Assembly: GCA_043228905.1 (NCBI GenBank) | Contig: JBHGNT010000011.1 | Coordinates: forward strand, 9,548,001 to 9,612,000 | DNA from: Azolla caroliniana | Taxonomy: Eukaryota; Plantae; Polypodiophyta | Direction of reading: 5' to 3' | Length of the DNA: 64,000 bases | In this document: piece by piece, positions 1 through 12,869 of the stretch | How positions within the stretch are numbered: position 1 is the first letter of the stretch | Layout: the number at the start of each line of letters is the position of its first letter | Position numbers and translations under genes: made by a program | Notes under the pieces: model-generated | The model's input: only the letters and a program-made list of their open reading frames with translations | What the model was told of the DNA's origin: nothing | Database searches by the model: none

Positions 1-141
1 GCTCTAGGGCTGCTTCCATTGAACATGTCGGTTGTTCCTCCTACGTTGTCCGTGTGTCCGGCTGGTCGGAAGGAGGTGTTGTCCTTGGGTCTGGCTGGGC
101 GGGTTGGTGTTCCTCTTCCCACTCTAGGGCCGATAACTCCG

Positions 142-906
142 CTAACCTACGTTTCGCGTATCGGGGCGGGCAGTGGGTTGGCTGGGTTGCGGTGCCGGCA
201 GGCCTCGGGGTGGAAATAGTACCGTAAGGTATTGTTGGATGATCGGCCTGAGCTTTTTGCCTACTTGGTACGCCTGCAAGCCTTCCCTTAACGCTGGCCC
301 TGTGATGACCCCCCAGTCGACGGCACGCCCTTCAAAGGTATCGATAATGATGCCCGCCTTCTGCTTATGCATCCCATATGCGTTGACATGTACGCAGCCG
401 ACTTCTAGCAGGAACTTGGCAACTTCACGGAAGAAGGGATTTGGAATCTGCTTCGTTCTATAGGCCTTGGCGGAGGAGGAATATGGACCAAAATACCGCT
501 GCAGCGCCTCTGCAGGAGGTATTTCAAAATGTCTTTCTCTTAGTGAGGATAGGTCCAACTTCTTCCGGATGGAAGAGTTTGTGACCGTGTCGATGTTAAG
601 CTTCCTGGCGATGTCCATGGCATCCGGGTGCGGAGGTGCTTTTGCGACCCGGATGTAACCATCCAGGTGTTTCTCCACGAGCCATCGGCGTAGGGCAGTA
701 GAGATGAAGATCGGCATCGCCAGAGTAGGTTCGTGGGGAGGAGACGGGTGGTTGCGATGAGTTAGAGCTCTGTGATAGAATGGGGGAGAAGGTGAGAGGG
801 AGGAGCGATGGGAGCGCTGATAGCTAGAAGATGGGTTTCTGCTGTGTGCAGAAAATCTTCTGTTTCCTTCTTTTTGTGGCTTAGGGTTCATTGGGCGGTG
901 AGCCAT
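142..906 (-). CDS. accessory ORF downstream of pol (probable start ATG at 717, MPIFIS...), function unknown
   Basis: 254-aa ORF, sense to pol, clearly homologous to decayed ORF fragments at 59872-60471 (KFLLEV, GKKL.P...QYL.V..PP). Confidence 0.7.
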   Translation of the reverse strand: MAHRPMNPKPQKEGNRRFSAHSRNPSSSYQRSHRSSLSPSPPFYHRALTHRNHPSPPHEPTLAMPIFISTALRRWLVEKHLDGYIRVAKAPPHPDAMDIARKLNIDTVTNSSIRKKLDLSSLRERHFEIPPAEALQRYFGPYSSSAKAYRTKQIPNPFFREVAKFLLEVGCVHVNAYGMHKQKAGIIIDTFEGRAVDWGVITGPALREGLQAYQVGKKLRPIIQQYLTVLFPPRGLPAPQPSQPTARPDTRNVG

Positions 907-1129
907 CGTGGTGTCGCGTGTTCTTGAACTAGGAGTTTGTGCATGCCTTTAGTCGTTTTAATAGTCGCTATCTTCTCCTTTTTATTTTTTCTTTTCTTTT
1001 CTTTTTTTTCTTTTTTTCGTAACGGTTATTTACAACCTATGTTTACATTATAGTACAAGTGGGGTTGTCCATTTTATGCTGTGGGTTCTTCGGCGCTGTC
1101 CCGTTCGGCCGTGAATGGGTTAGGTGGTG

Positions 1130-3755
1130 TCGGGCCTAAGTAAGGTTTGAGCCGAAACCCATTCACCTTTTGCCGTACTACTTCTCTAGCCAGCGTACCT
1201 AGTTGGAACGTGCCTTGTTCCGTTCCAATTATCCAGTACAGGCTGGTCCAGCGGAAACATAATTTTTCCCGGCATATGGCCCATGCGCGTTTGAAAAACT
1301 AGCACCGCTTGACCCACGACGAACTCCTTTTCCCTTGCGTTTTGATGTCGATCCACAAATGCTTGACGCCGTCGCTGTTCTTGTTCCAACACAGCCATGA
1401 TGTGGACGCGTTTTTCCCCTAGTTTGAGGAGTTGGTAGAGCCGTACCTCCTCCGACTTGACTTCTAATAATCGGTTCCGTACCTGAATGCGCAAACTAGG
1501 GACCTGAAATTCGACCGGCATCACAACCTCCAGTCCAAACGCTAGTCGAAACGGTGTTGACTGTATGCTTGTTTTGTAGCTGGTTCTGTACGCCCATAAC
1601 GCACTCTGTAGTTTAGTATCCCAGTCCGTTCTATTTTCATTGACGGTTTTCTTCAAAATGGTCTATAGTGTCTTGTTGGTGGATTCTGCTAATCCATTCG
1701 CCTGTGGATAATATGGCGTGCTCTTCTTATGGACTACGACATAATGATGTGTTAGTTCCCGAACCACCGAATTGAGAAAGTGACTCCCCTGGTCACTGAT
1801 GAGCTCAATCGAGCAGCCGAATCGGCACCAGATGTGCTCGTAAAGGAATCTGGTTGTGACGGCCGCCGTATTTTCACGTAGTGCCTTTGCTTCTACCCAT
1901 TTGGTGCAGTAATCCGTGGCTACCAATATGTATTTATTGCCCGTACGGGCCGCCGCTAGTGTGAAGGACCCTACAAAATCCAAACCCCACTTTTGGAAGG
2001 GGTCTAGCGGTAATATGGGCTGGTGTGGCATCCTTGCGTCCTCCGTGGGCTGACCCATCCATTGACACAAATCACACTTTCTACAATACTTGGATGCGTC
2101 CTTCTGCGTTGTTGGCCACCACAAGCCCGCCTGCCATACTTTCCGGGCTGTCACGTTGCCCGCGTAATGGCCGCCTGCTATGCCGTAGTGTGCCTCCCGT
2201 AAAACGGTTGGCTTCTCATCCTGATGGACCCCACTTTGCCCAGTGCCGTCACTTCCTTTGTGATATAAAACGCCTTCGACGAGGCAGAAGTGACGGCTAC
2301 GGACGGATAGTCGTTTCTTCTCATCCGTGCGTAATTGTGGTGGAGGTAGTCCTATAGTTAAAAAGTACGTCATTTCCATAAGCCACCGGTCCGGAAAGGT
2401 CGATTCCGTTTTTTCTACCAATGTCGCTACTTGCAGGATGTCGGCATCCGGAAAATCTTCGTCGTCGTTCTGTACTGTTTCTCCATTCTCGAGTCTGCTC
2501 AAAAAATCCGCCATTGCGTGTTGCATCCCTGGTCGGTGTTGAATTACGAAATCAAATTCCTGGAGCAGCAGCATCCACCGCGCCAATTTCCCTGTCAGGG
2601 CTTGTTTCTCCACCAAATACAGTAGTGCCGAATGATCCACGTGGAACGTGAATTTCCTTCCTAATAAATAGTGTCGGAATTTATTGATGCTATAGATCAT
2701 CCCTAGCGCCTCCCGCTCTGTTGTGGAGTAGTTACGCTCTGTTGTTGACAATTTATGACTCGCGTAGTATACTGGCCTGTACCAGTTTGGTTTGGTGAGC
2801 TGCATTAGTGCACTTCCTATTGCTATGTCCGAGGCGTCGTAGAACACGTGGAATGGCTTCGCCCAAACTGGTGGTTGTACGACGGGAGCCTGTGTGAGCA
2901 TTATCTTAAGTGCCTCATAGGCCTTATCCTCCGTTGCAGTCCATTGGAAAGGAGTCCAATGTACGACAGCGTGTAACGGTGTGGCGGAAGTCCGCCAAAT
3001 ACCGTATCATCCGACTATGCCACCGTATTTGTCCTAAAAGCTGGCTAAGAGATTTGGTGTTTGTCGGAGTTTTGGCTTGCGTAATCGCGGAGATCTTGTT
3101 TGGGTCGACTGCTATTCCCTCCTTGTTGACTATGTGGCCTAGGAGAGACCCGCTGATGACGCCAAAGGCGCATTTCGCGGGATTCAGGCTTAAGCGTGCG
3201 GTGCGGCAACATTCCAGACACAGTCGTAAGTGCGTAAAATGGTCTATTGTTCTCCCATATACTGCAAAGTCGTCTAGAAAAACTTGCATGAACGCCGGAA
3301 TGTATTCCCCAAATATCTCCGTAATCGTTCGTTGAAAGGTGGTCGGCGCTGTCTTTAGCCCGAACATCATGACGATTGCCACATATACTCCCCAGTCCGT
3401 GACAAACGTCGTCTTCTCCTAGTCCTCGGGATGTATGCGTACCTGGTTATAGCCACTGAAGCCATCTAAGAAACTGTACATCTCATGGCCTGCGACGGCG
3501 TCCAACATGCTATCGGTGAAGGGTAAGGGAAATGCGTCCATAATGGTTACGACGTTTAATTTTCGGTAATCTACGCATACCCGTATTTTGCCGTTTTTCT
3601 TTGGGACGACCACTATCGGGCTTAGCCATGTCGCTTGTTTAACTGGTCATATGAACCCCGCCTTCAGGAGCTTGTCAATTTATTCTTTCACGCGGGTCGC
3701 GTAGTTGGGGTTCATGCGATAGCGGCGCTGCTAGATGGGTTTCGCGTCAGTTGCT
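1130..3755 (-). pseudogene. pol: Gypsy pol (RT-RNase H-integrase), disrupted; protease absent
   Basis: VDYRKLN, LDGFSGYNQ, FLDD, DASDIAIG, H..GH/C..C zinc finger, WGLDFVG, SDQGSHF, PQANGLAE; stops and frameshifts. Confidence 0.92.
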
Positions 3756-3756
3756 A

Positions 3757-5205
3757 ATCCTCGTCCTCTAGGTGGTCCTCCTCGGAATCGTTGTGATTCT
3801 GGCGATTCCAGTTGTACCAGTCCTCCCGCGGGTTGCGATCCTTATACCGGGGTCGGTCTTCTTGCCTCCTTTGTTCAACCCGGTGTGGTTGACGTTGTGC
3901 GTCCATGTTGCGGACTGCGGGAGTGGCTCTGTTTAACATATTGTACTCGGATATCCATGATAATCCTCGTCCTCTGGGGTCGTCCTCCTCGGAATCGTTG
4001 TGATTCCAGCGATTCCGGTTGTACCCTTTGGCATAACTCGGATGTCCATGATAATCCTCGTCCTTTGGGGTCGTCCTCCTCGGAATCGTTGTGATTCCGG
4101 CAATTCTGGTTGTACCGGTCCTCCCGCGGGTTGCGATCCTTATACCAGGGTCGGTCTTCTTGCCTCCTTTGTTCAGCCCAGTGTGGTTGACGTTGTGCGT
4201 CCATGCTGCGAACTGCGGGAGTGGCTCTGTTTAACATATTGTACTCGCATTGGTCGACTGTGTGAGCCTTCAAGTGGCAGATTGGGCAGTGGATTCGCAT
4301 ATTGCAGTCTACTGTGGAATGCCTCGAGTTCAAGCAAATCGTACACTGGATTGCTTAACGAAACTGGCGTTCCTCATCCTGAGGTAACGCTTGTCGTAAG
4401 GAGGACATAGAAAACCTTTCCTCCTCGTCATCCAACTCGAGCTGTAACGCTCGTTCAATTACCATATCCGTCGTTTCTCCTTTCACACTATTGTTGTTGA
4501 GCGTTGCCTGGATGGGCTGGCGTAAAGCTACCAGAAATGTTTCCCGAGATCGGGGCTCCATTCTAGCTTTCGTCGTAAATTTTGGAAGCGTAAGCTGAAG
4601 TCCGCTATCGTCTCTGTCGGCAGTTGCTTAATCGTATAAAACTGTCCGAGGATTTCGCGTTGTGGAACCCTCCGATGGAAGAATCGCAAGAACGCGGACT
4701 GCAGTTGATCAAAGGTTGTTATTGCTGGTAAATCCATTTGTGAATGCCAAAACGTGGCTCGCCCATCTAATGTTAACCCGAACTCCGTCATTTTTTACTG
4801 GTGTGCAGCCGCCTCCGAAAGGCTCTACGCCATGTGGTTCGCATTCCAGACATTCAGGAACATGCGAATATGCGTTGTGGCGTCGGTTTCGCCGTTAAAG
4901 CGGGGGTAGGCAAAGGCCATGGTGGGAGCTACGGCGGGTTGGGAAAGGCCACCAGGTGCCTGTGGTGAGCGTAGTCCCCACGTCTCGTCGAGGTATTTTG
5001 GGAGCAAAGAATCACCTTTGTACTCACGGCAGGTAGTACTGAGGTCGCTGAGGCGCGGCTTTTGCCGTGCACATTCTTCTGCCTGGCGTGTGACGGACCT
5101 TGTTATTGGCCGGTCTTGTCCTGTTGGTTCTTTGGGGCGTCTGCGGCTAAACATCCATTTGTCGTTGCTCGTCTGTGAGAAAACACAAATCACCAAGCGT
5201 GCCAA
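3757..5205 (-). pseudogene. gag: Gypsy gag with zinc-knuckle-like motifs and internal duplication
   Basis: FGLTLDGRATFW, QLPTETIADFSLRF (Retrotrans_gag-like); CPICHLKAHTVDQC; ~195-bp block duplicated at 3757-3949 and 4053-4248. Confidence 0.8.
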
Positions 5206-5208
5206 AAG

Positions 5209-5647
5209 TGTTGCCGATTAGGAACACAGTCCGCAATCAGTCCTTCGACCTAGACCTCAAAGTGGGTGTGGAACAACGAACAGGTGTTTAAGCGTAATGC
5301 GTAGGGGAAGAATCCCTGTAACCTATCAGTGCATAAGGGAGATGGCTACAACCGAAACCCTATCACGGGTTACACTTACGTACTTAAACACTTAGGTTTT
5401 CAAGACACACACAGTGAATTAGCCGTAGCTATACACAGGAAATCAGAGAAGATAGAATTCTATTATCCGGCGTTTCTTTACATTCCCCCAAAATTACACG
5501 CCTCCATCAGAGGTTTTCTACCCTTTATATACGCAGGGTCAATTTAGCCGTTCACGCTTCCCGCGTGAACCGTTACATGCGTTATGTTCTTATATAATTT
5601 CTTATTCCTACGCTTTTGTCTGTTGGTTACTATTCCGGCGGACAACA
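5209..5647 (-). repeat. 5' LTR of Athila-like element
   Basis: TGTTG...CAACA termini; minus-strand TATA (~5524-5531); PBS immediately inside. Confidence 0.8.
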
Positions 5648-8600
5648 CTTGGTGAAGCTAAAAAGGCTTTCGACGAAGCCAGAGCCGGAGAAGCCGGTGA
5701 AGGTGCGAACGACGCACCTAGAAGACATGGCCCTGGAAGACGAGTTGGCAAGAAGCCACTATTCGAGGCTACATTGGGCCAGAGCCACTACGGAGACCCC
5801 CGTTGAGATCGGAGATGTCCAGGAGCCGGTGGTGGCATTGGTAGACCACGGTTCGGAAATCAACCTGATGTCCATGGACTTTTACAAGAAGGGCAAGTGG
5901 ACAATCAACACCAAGCACGGGTGGAAAATACGAGCGGCGACACGCGCCACGGAGGAGCTACACGGAGCCTGCCCGAATGTACGAGTGAAAATCGGTGATG
6001 TCGAGATCGATCAACACTTCTTTGTGCAAGAGACATCCTCGCATCTGGTGATACTCGGGGAACCGTACATCACAACGTCACAAATGGAGATGAAGGTGCT
6101 GGACAACGGTTCGGCGTACGCGCGAGTCAAGAGCCAGGATGGGCATCACTCCGTCCAGTTTCTGATTGTACGACCGAACCATGAACGGAACCGAGAGACC
6201 CTCGGCGGCGAAAGCTGAGGGGATTTTTAGAAAGAGCTATCAAGGCATGGGGTCGCGATAGTCTAGACACCCCGAGAAAACCCCACAGATGCACTATAGG
6301 GAAGAAAACTTGTACCATAGGTAGGAAGTTTTGGTTCTCTAACAACGGAGGTTGTACAATAACGGGCGTCGTTGGCCGGGAGAAGAAGCAGGCAGAAGAG
6401 CGACTTAGGGCATGCAGAGTCCTCGGCCCCAGGGAGGAAATCAATGGAGCCGTGGAGGCAGTCTCTTTCGACGACACCTTGGGGAAGCTACGGGAAGTGT
6501 TCGGAGAGGGCCTTAGTGAAGACCGGAAGGTTCCTGTATGTTCGGGGAAGATGTACGAAGTCATCGCCGACTTCGATAGAGTACTCGAGTTGAATCGGAC
6601 GGCCCGAGTGGACACGAAGTACAAGACTGTGGATCGGAAGGTGAGGCCAGTTGTTGCACCCTTGCCGGAGGGCAGCGAGTTACGGATGAAGTGGGTCGCG
6701 TCAAACCCAAGTTTACGAGATCTGGCTGGCATAGGACACTGGTTCACCAACATAACACTACGAGAGCTCAAGGTCCGTGGGGGTGGCTTTCTACTGCCGG
6801 CGGAGGAGGACCGGTTTCGGGGAATGCTCGAGAGGCACAGAAAGGCCTTCGCATTCTCGTCGGAGGAGATCGGGTGCGTAGACCCGATGATTGTGGAACC
6901 GATGGTGATCTTCACGGTACCGCATGTACCGTGGAATCTCAAACCGATTCCAGTACCCAAAGCTCACATCCTGAAGCTGATGGAGCTGTTGAAACAGAAG
7001 GTGGATATGGGCATCCTCGAACCGTCGAGTGCCCCGTATTCTAATCGGTGGTTTACCGTGCCCAAGAAGAACGGCACGTTGCGCTTCATTTAGGACCTGC
7101 AACCAGCCAACAAGGTGACCATTCGGAACGCAGGAATCGGACCGACCATAGACGAGTTCGCAGAGGCCTTCGCCGGAAGGTCAATTTACTCGGTCGGTGA
7201 TCTGTACTCAGGATATGATCAGTTCTAACTAGCCATGGAGAGCAGGGACATTACGACGATGCGGACTCCTCTCAGCCTAGTACGGATGTGTACCCTTCCA
7301 CAAGGAGGGATGAAATCGGTAGCCCACATGGTGAATGCAATGAACAAAGTGCTAAGGGATTGTATCCCGGACATCACCATGCCATTCTTAGACGACATCC
7401 CGATCAAAGGATGCCCGGTGGAGGATAAGGACGAGACAATCGGACTGGACGGATGCTGGAAATTCATGGTGGACCACGTGGATGACTGCGAGAAGGTGCT
7501 GCAAAGACTAGAGGGTGCGAGGCTCACCTTCTCCGGGGAAAAATCGGCCTTCGGGCAATCGGAGATCATGGTCGTCGAGCACCTATGTGGGCCATTCGGT
7601 CGGAAACCGTCGCGGGCCAAGGTAGAGGCCATCTCCATGATGAAGAGCAACTACAATTCGGTCACGGAAGTCCAGAGATTCTTGGGAGCATGCGCGTTCT
7701 ACCATATCTGGATCCCACATTACGCCCACGTCGCAGAGCCGCTCTATGGACTGCTGAAGAAAGGGCGTAAATTCGAGTGGACAAAGGAGCATACGGATTC
7801 AGTTCAATAAATGAAGGAAGCACTTGTTGCGGCACCGACACTCCGGAAAGCGATCTACGGTAAACACATTCCAATTTACATGACTGTAGACACAAGTTCG
7901 ACCAGAATCGGATGGGTGGTCAACCAGGAGGATGAGAATGGCACAAGGTTCCCCATCCGGTTCGGCGTGAAAGTCCTTAGTGAACGACAACGACGGTACG
8001 CCCAGGTTAAACGTGAACTCTGGGGTGTCGTTTCGGCGGTCAAGGCCGACAAAGACTATCTGATCGAGACGGGGGTGATAATTGAGATGAACTGCCTGCC
8101 GATTCTCGGTATGGTTTCCGGATGTGTGACGCCGGACCTGGCAATGCTTAGGTGGATAACGTACATCAAGTCCCTGAATCCGGAAATACAACACATTTCC
8201 GGAAAAGACAATGCCATGGCCGACATGCTTTCGAGGGTGAGATTCGATGATGAGGACGGCATGGTTTCGGAGGACGAAGAAGTCTGCGTGGACTTCTTCG
8301 AGATGGCTTATGTAACAACAAGGGAGGGAAGCACTCCGGTGCTTAACGAGTTCAATGAGAGCACGTACGATGGGGAGTGGCTCCAGATCGGCGGGTTCCT
8401 AAAGACAATGACACCAAACGTGGCGTGGACGAAGGAAGAGACCAATCGGATTCGGAAGAAAGTGTACCGATTCTTCCTACAAGATGGGTGCATATGGAAG
8501 CACCCGAAGAAGAGAAATGACATTCCGCTCCAAGTTGTAGTGAAGAAGGAGGAACAGGTGGAACTCCTGACGGCGTACCACGAGTCGTTGGGCTGGACAC

Positions 8601-9713
8601 CGCAGGACGTGGGCCACATTCGAGAATCTGAAGGGGAAGTACTGGTCGTCGGGACTATACCGGGACATGCACCGGTTTGTGATGGCTTGTGAAAGCTGTC
8701 AGATGCACTCCATAGTCTGACATCGGGACGAGCTCCACCCGACCTACCCTCCGACCATCCACTTCAAGTGGATGGTGGATCTGGTGAAAATGCCGATGGG
8801 GGTAGGACAGATGCGATATCTGGTGCTGGCTCGAGAGGACCTGACGAACCAGGTGGAAGGCCGAGCGTTGCCAAACAAGACGACCACGGCCGTATGCCGA
8901 TTTCTGATCGAAGAAGTGGTATGTCGGTACGGGTGTGTAGGAAAGATCATAGCCGACCGCGGAGAACTAGACGCACAAGAGGCTGAAGAGTTATTTGACT
9001 GGCTAGGGGTTAAACTCTCGCTCACCACGGCATCCAATCCGGAGGCGAACGGGAAGGTGGAACACGGACACGGGCCAATTGTTAAAGCGTTAGTGCGGGC
9101 ATGTGGAGGCCAAGTCGGAAACTGACCACGGCTCTTACCCTATGCATTGTAGGCCAACCGAACTACGCACAGTTCGGTAACCAGGTTCATACCGACGGAG
9201 CTGATGTATGGGTAGAAGCCGGTCATGCCGATGGAATGAACGATCTCCTCATGGGTCACGATGGACTGGAGAGACGAGATGAGCCGGGAGGAGCTGTTAG
9301 CGGCGCGGATCCGACAGCTCAAGCGAAGACCGGAGGATGTGGAACGAGCCGCCGAAAAGCTATGGGCCACGAGGGTAAAGAACAAGGGACAATTCGACTG
9401 GACCCACCGATTAAGGCCGACGAAAGTCGAGGAAGGCGACTGAGTTCTGGTATATGATAGCAGCCTCGACAACTAGCACAAGGCGATGCGGAAATTCGCA
9501 AGGAGGTGGTTTGGGCCTTACGTGGTGACAAGCGCTCACGACAACGGGACATACCATCTTGCAGAGTTTGACGGGACAAGGATGGAAATACCGGTGGCCG
9601 GGAAAAGGATCAAAGTGTTCAAAAAGCGGCACGAGGATGAACCGGACCCGCACGACCTAGGTAGCGAGGATGACCAGTTCGAAGCGAATGGCGATCCGGT
9701 GGATGAAGGGTAA
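5648..9713 (+). pseudogene. pol: gag-protease / pol (RT-RNase H-INT) with in-frame stops
   Basis: ALVDHGSEIN, PSSAPYSNRWF, YSGYDQF, PFLDDIP, VDTS, IADRGE, NPEANGKVE, WFGPY. Confidence 0.9.
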
Positions 9714-9786
9714 ACGCAGACCGGTCTTCTCTGGCAAGAGTCTATTTTGGCGCATACCGGTGGATGCGCGGTTAGGTGGGGGTGGA

Positions 9787-10433
9787 TGTCGGGGAGAAAA
9801 CCATCCCTAGGCAGAATCGGAGAATAATGTGCGCAAACCGTCCCTTACACGCGGGCACAAGTTTTGTTGTAATGTACATATTTGGGTGCAAGTCGGCTGA
9901 TGTGAATATCCTAGGTCGCACGCATTTGTTAGGAAGAAAATCGAGGCGTATCTCTGTCCGAAAGGACAGAGGATAAAGATGATGTAACGGCCTCCCTCCT
10001 TGGGCTATAAAAGAGAGGGAGAGGTATTGTGGAGGGATTGCTTTTTGTGGAGGAGGAAGTGCTGTTGGACTAGGACCGAGCTCTTCTCCTCCGTCTTTCT
10101 CTGTATTTGCGGTGTGCAAGTTTCTGACTTTGCTCCGCGGAATGCCCGAGCGCTTCTCGTAGAGTCTCCATCTCGCATCTGTGTGCGTGTGTACATGTAG
10201 GCGTCAGAGCTTGTCCCTCACCGGCCCGCCAATTGTAACCCCTTTCATTTGATATATATATATATATACATATGCACATTCATCTTGTTTCAATCGTTTG
10301 CGGTTTCTGTGTATTTGTGTGTGTGCGAAGCACGGCCGTTGTCTTTCTTGCTACCCTCCTGGTCTCTTGTTCCTCGGTCTAAGACCCCCGTCGCCCCACC
10401 TTGTTCTACACGCATGCACGTAATAATGCGACA
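9787..10433 (+). repeat. 3' LTR
   Basis: TGTCG...CGACA termini after the PPT; TATAAAA at ~10007. Confidence 0.8.
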
Positions 10434-12869
10434 ACGTACGTCGCTGTCGCTAGTGCCTCAACCCAAAACATCTTGGGTAACTTGGCATGTGCTAGCATAC
10501 TCCGGACCCTCTTCATCATGGTCCGGTTCATCCTCTTGGCCAGCCCATTGAGTTTCGGCATCTTCGGCATGGTAAATTCGAGCCGGATTCCCTTCGAGCA
10601 GCAGTACTCCTCGAACTACCCCCGATATTCTCCTTCGTTATCTGCTCGAACCTCCTTCAGCTTCCAGTTGGTTTCCCTTTCCACTCTTGCGTGGAGCTCC
10701 TTGAAGACGGATAACACCTGATCCTTCTTCTTCAGCGGTGTGGCCCACAGCTTCCGCCTGTGGTCATCTATGAACATCACGAAGTATTGCGCTCCAGCAT
10801 GTGACTTTGTGTCTACTTGACACACATCTATATGCACCAGCTCCAATGGTGCATTACGTCTCATCGGTGGCCTTGATCGAAAGGAGTTCGGGTTTTGCTT
10901 ACCGGCCATGCAGTCGGTGCACCTCTCAAGGTGCACGTCCTTCAGCAAAATGAGGTTGTCATCGCCAAGCCTCCTCATCCCCTTCTCGCTCATGTGACAC
11001 AGTCTCTTGTACCACAGCTCACCGGCAATTTCAGATGCCACGTTCACTTCTTCCCAGCATAATCGGGCATTCATTAGGTACAGTGTGTTGACTTTCCGGA
11101 CCCGAGCCACTATTAGGCTTCCTTTGCAAAACTTCATGACATTGTTCCGGATGCTACCCGAGTAGCCTTCATCATCTAGCCGACCGGCTGATATCAAATT
11201 CAGTCGAACCTCCAGAACGTGTAGGACATCCTTCAGTAGTAACTTGCATCCGGTCCATGTCGTCAACAACACATTTCCTATGCCGACAATTCGGCATGTA
11301 CCTTCATTCCCCATCCGAACATAGCCATGATCACTGGTTGTGTAGGATGAGAAGCATTTCCGGTCTGGGGTCAGGTGGAACGACGTTCCGGAATCGACAA
11401 CCCACATTGTCTCGTCGCCGGCAAGGTTCACCTCCCTCTCCTCGGTGATGAGCATAAACTCCTCTTCACTTGCCACGATTGTCGTCGTTCCCTTCCGGCC
11501 CAGCCCCCTCCGGTCCTATGACCGCTTTGAATCGGTACTGTCGGTTTCCTTCTCTTTCCGGAAATGCCGACAGTTCTTTTGGAAGTGCCCCGGCTTCCCA
11601 CAGTAGAAGCAAGTGGGCCTTCCCCTTGACTTTGACCGTGTCCTCGACTTTTCCCGGTTTTGGGGACTCCGGTTCCTCTGTCTTCCGCGTTCTGATTCAG
11701 TAAGGAGTGCTTTGGATTCGGAGCTTGTATCCTTGTCTTTCCGATGCGCCTCCTCATCTAGCAAGTTCGACTTGACTCTTGCTAGGCCCAGCGTTGCCCA
11801 AAGTGACAACTAACGTCTCCTAGCTATCTGGGAGGGAACCGAGCAGGAGCAGTGCTAGTACCTCATCAGCGAGAGGTACTTCCAACAATGTTGCCTGGGG
11901 AATCAGCCCCTAGAAGGCATTCATGTGCTCCGCCATGCTGGAGCCATCTTGGTACCGGAGCCGCACTAGCTTTCGGAATACCGAAACCCGATTAACGACA
12001 TTCTTGTTTTGGAACATAATGTTGATTCTTTCCTAGAGCTCATGAGCCTTACTCTCCTCATTGAAGTTGTGGTACAGGCTCATGTCGATGAAGCACCGTA
12101 TGTACGCCGTTGTCTTCATGTGCATCACCTCCCATACCGTGGCGTCGATCTTGTCCCCGAACTGAACCGGCAACCAAAGATCTTTAACCACGAGCATGTC
12201 CCCCATCTTCGACTTCCATACTGAGTAGTTGGAGCCGGTGAGCTTGAACATGCCTCCAAATGAATCTTCCATTTTCTGTGTCGTTCGCTCTGATACCAGT
12301 TTGAAGAGAATCTCCGGAATAATGCTCGGCCACAACCGAGTCTTCAATCACTTCATTGAGAATTACAAACACAGAAATGGGAATGTGGAGATGGATGCAC
12401 GTATACACAAAAAACACTATAACAAGAGAGTACACAAGATGTTAACGTGGAAAACCCTGAGAGGGAAAAACCACGAGAGCCCACATACTCCAAACTATCA
12501 CTATATCAAAAGAATACAACGGGGGGGGCACAGAGGCAACGACCTCGTGCTCACTCTCTTCGCCTGGCGGCGATTACAATAGAGAATCACTTTGTGTCAC
12601 ACACACACACACTCTCTCTCTCTCTATTACGCTTTGTACAGCAGTTACAACAATATGGCAATACTGTGATACACACACACTTTGTTTGCCCTAGGTCATA
12701 TTTATACTAATAGGACATTAGGACTATTTACAGATATAGCCCAAATGGGCTCTCAGAAACATATTTCCATATATGTCCCTTCATCCGATGAGAGGTTCTC
12801 ACCGGGCCTACGTCATCCGGTTCTCACCGGGCCTTCATCATCCCATCCGGAGGGACCGAGATCCTAACA
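10434..12869 (-). mobile_element. Ty1/Copia element (5' LTR, gag, protease, 5' integrase); remainder displaced outside window
   Basis: PBS TGGTATCAGAGC (12287-12298), gag MEDSFGGMFKLTGSNY, CFYCGKPGHFQKNC, WVVDSGTSFH, LWYKRLCHMS, FIDDH. Confidence 0.92.
12302..12869 (-). repeat. Copia 5' LTR
   Basis: TG...CA ends adjacent to Met-iCAT PBS; U5 motif CGTGGTTTTTCCC...TTTTCCACGT on the minus strand. Confidence 0.8.

Larger units (their letters stand above)
1..5647 (-). mobile_element. Ty3/Gypsy non-chromovirus (Athila/OTA-like) LTR retrotransposon, 3' end beyond window; inserted into gag of the Gypsy element at 5648
   Basis: Minus-strand order: LTR, PBS-like TGGCACGCTTGG (~5193-5204), gag, RT, RNase H, integrase, extra ORF. 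Sequence right of 5647 resumes mid-gag of another element. Confidence 0.9.
5648..10433 (+). mobile_element. Ty3/Gypsy element of DUF4100/Phygy type (3' part), inserted into a Copia integrase
   Basis: Protease DHGSEIN, RT FLDD, RNase H, integrase, PPT GGTGGGGGTGGA, LTR 9787-10433; paralogous to 15345-22465. Confidence 0.9.

Noticed and set aside
6127-6960. 277-aa antisense ORF, with a counterpart at 18381-19208 in the sister element
   Set aside because: Shadow frame of RT. Stops in this register need Y|TA or T|CA codon junctions, which are rare in this purine-rich pol; the counterpart has a stop at 18381; no recognisable domain.
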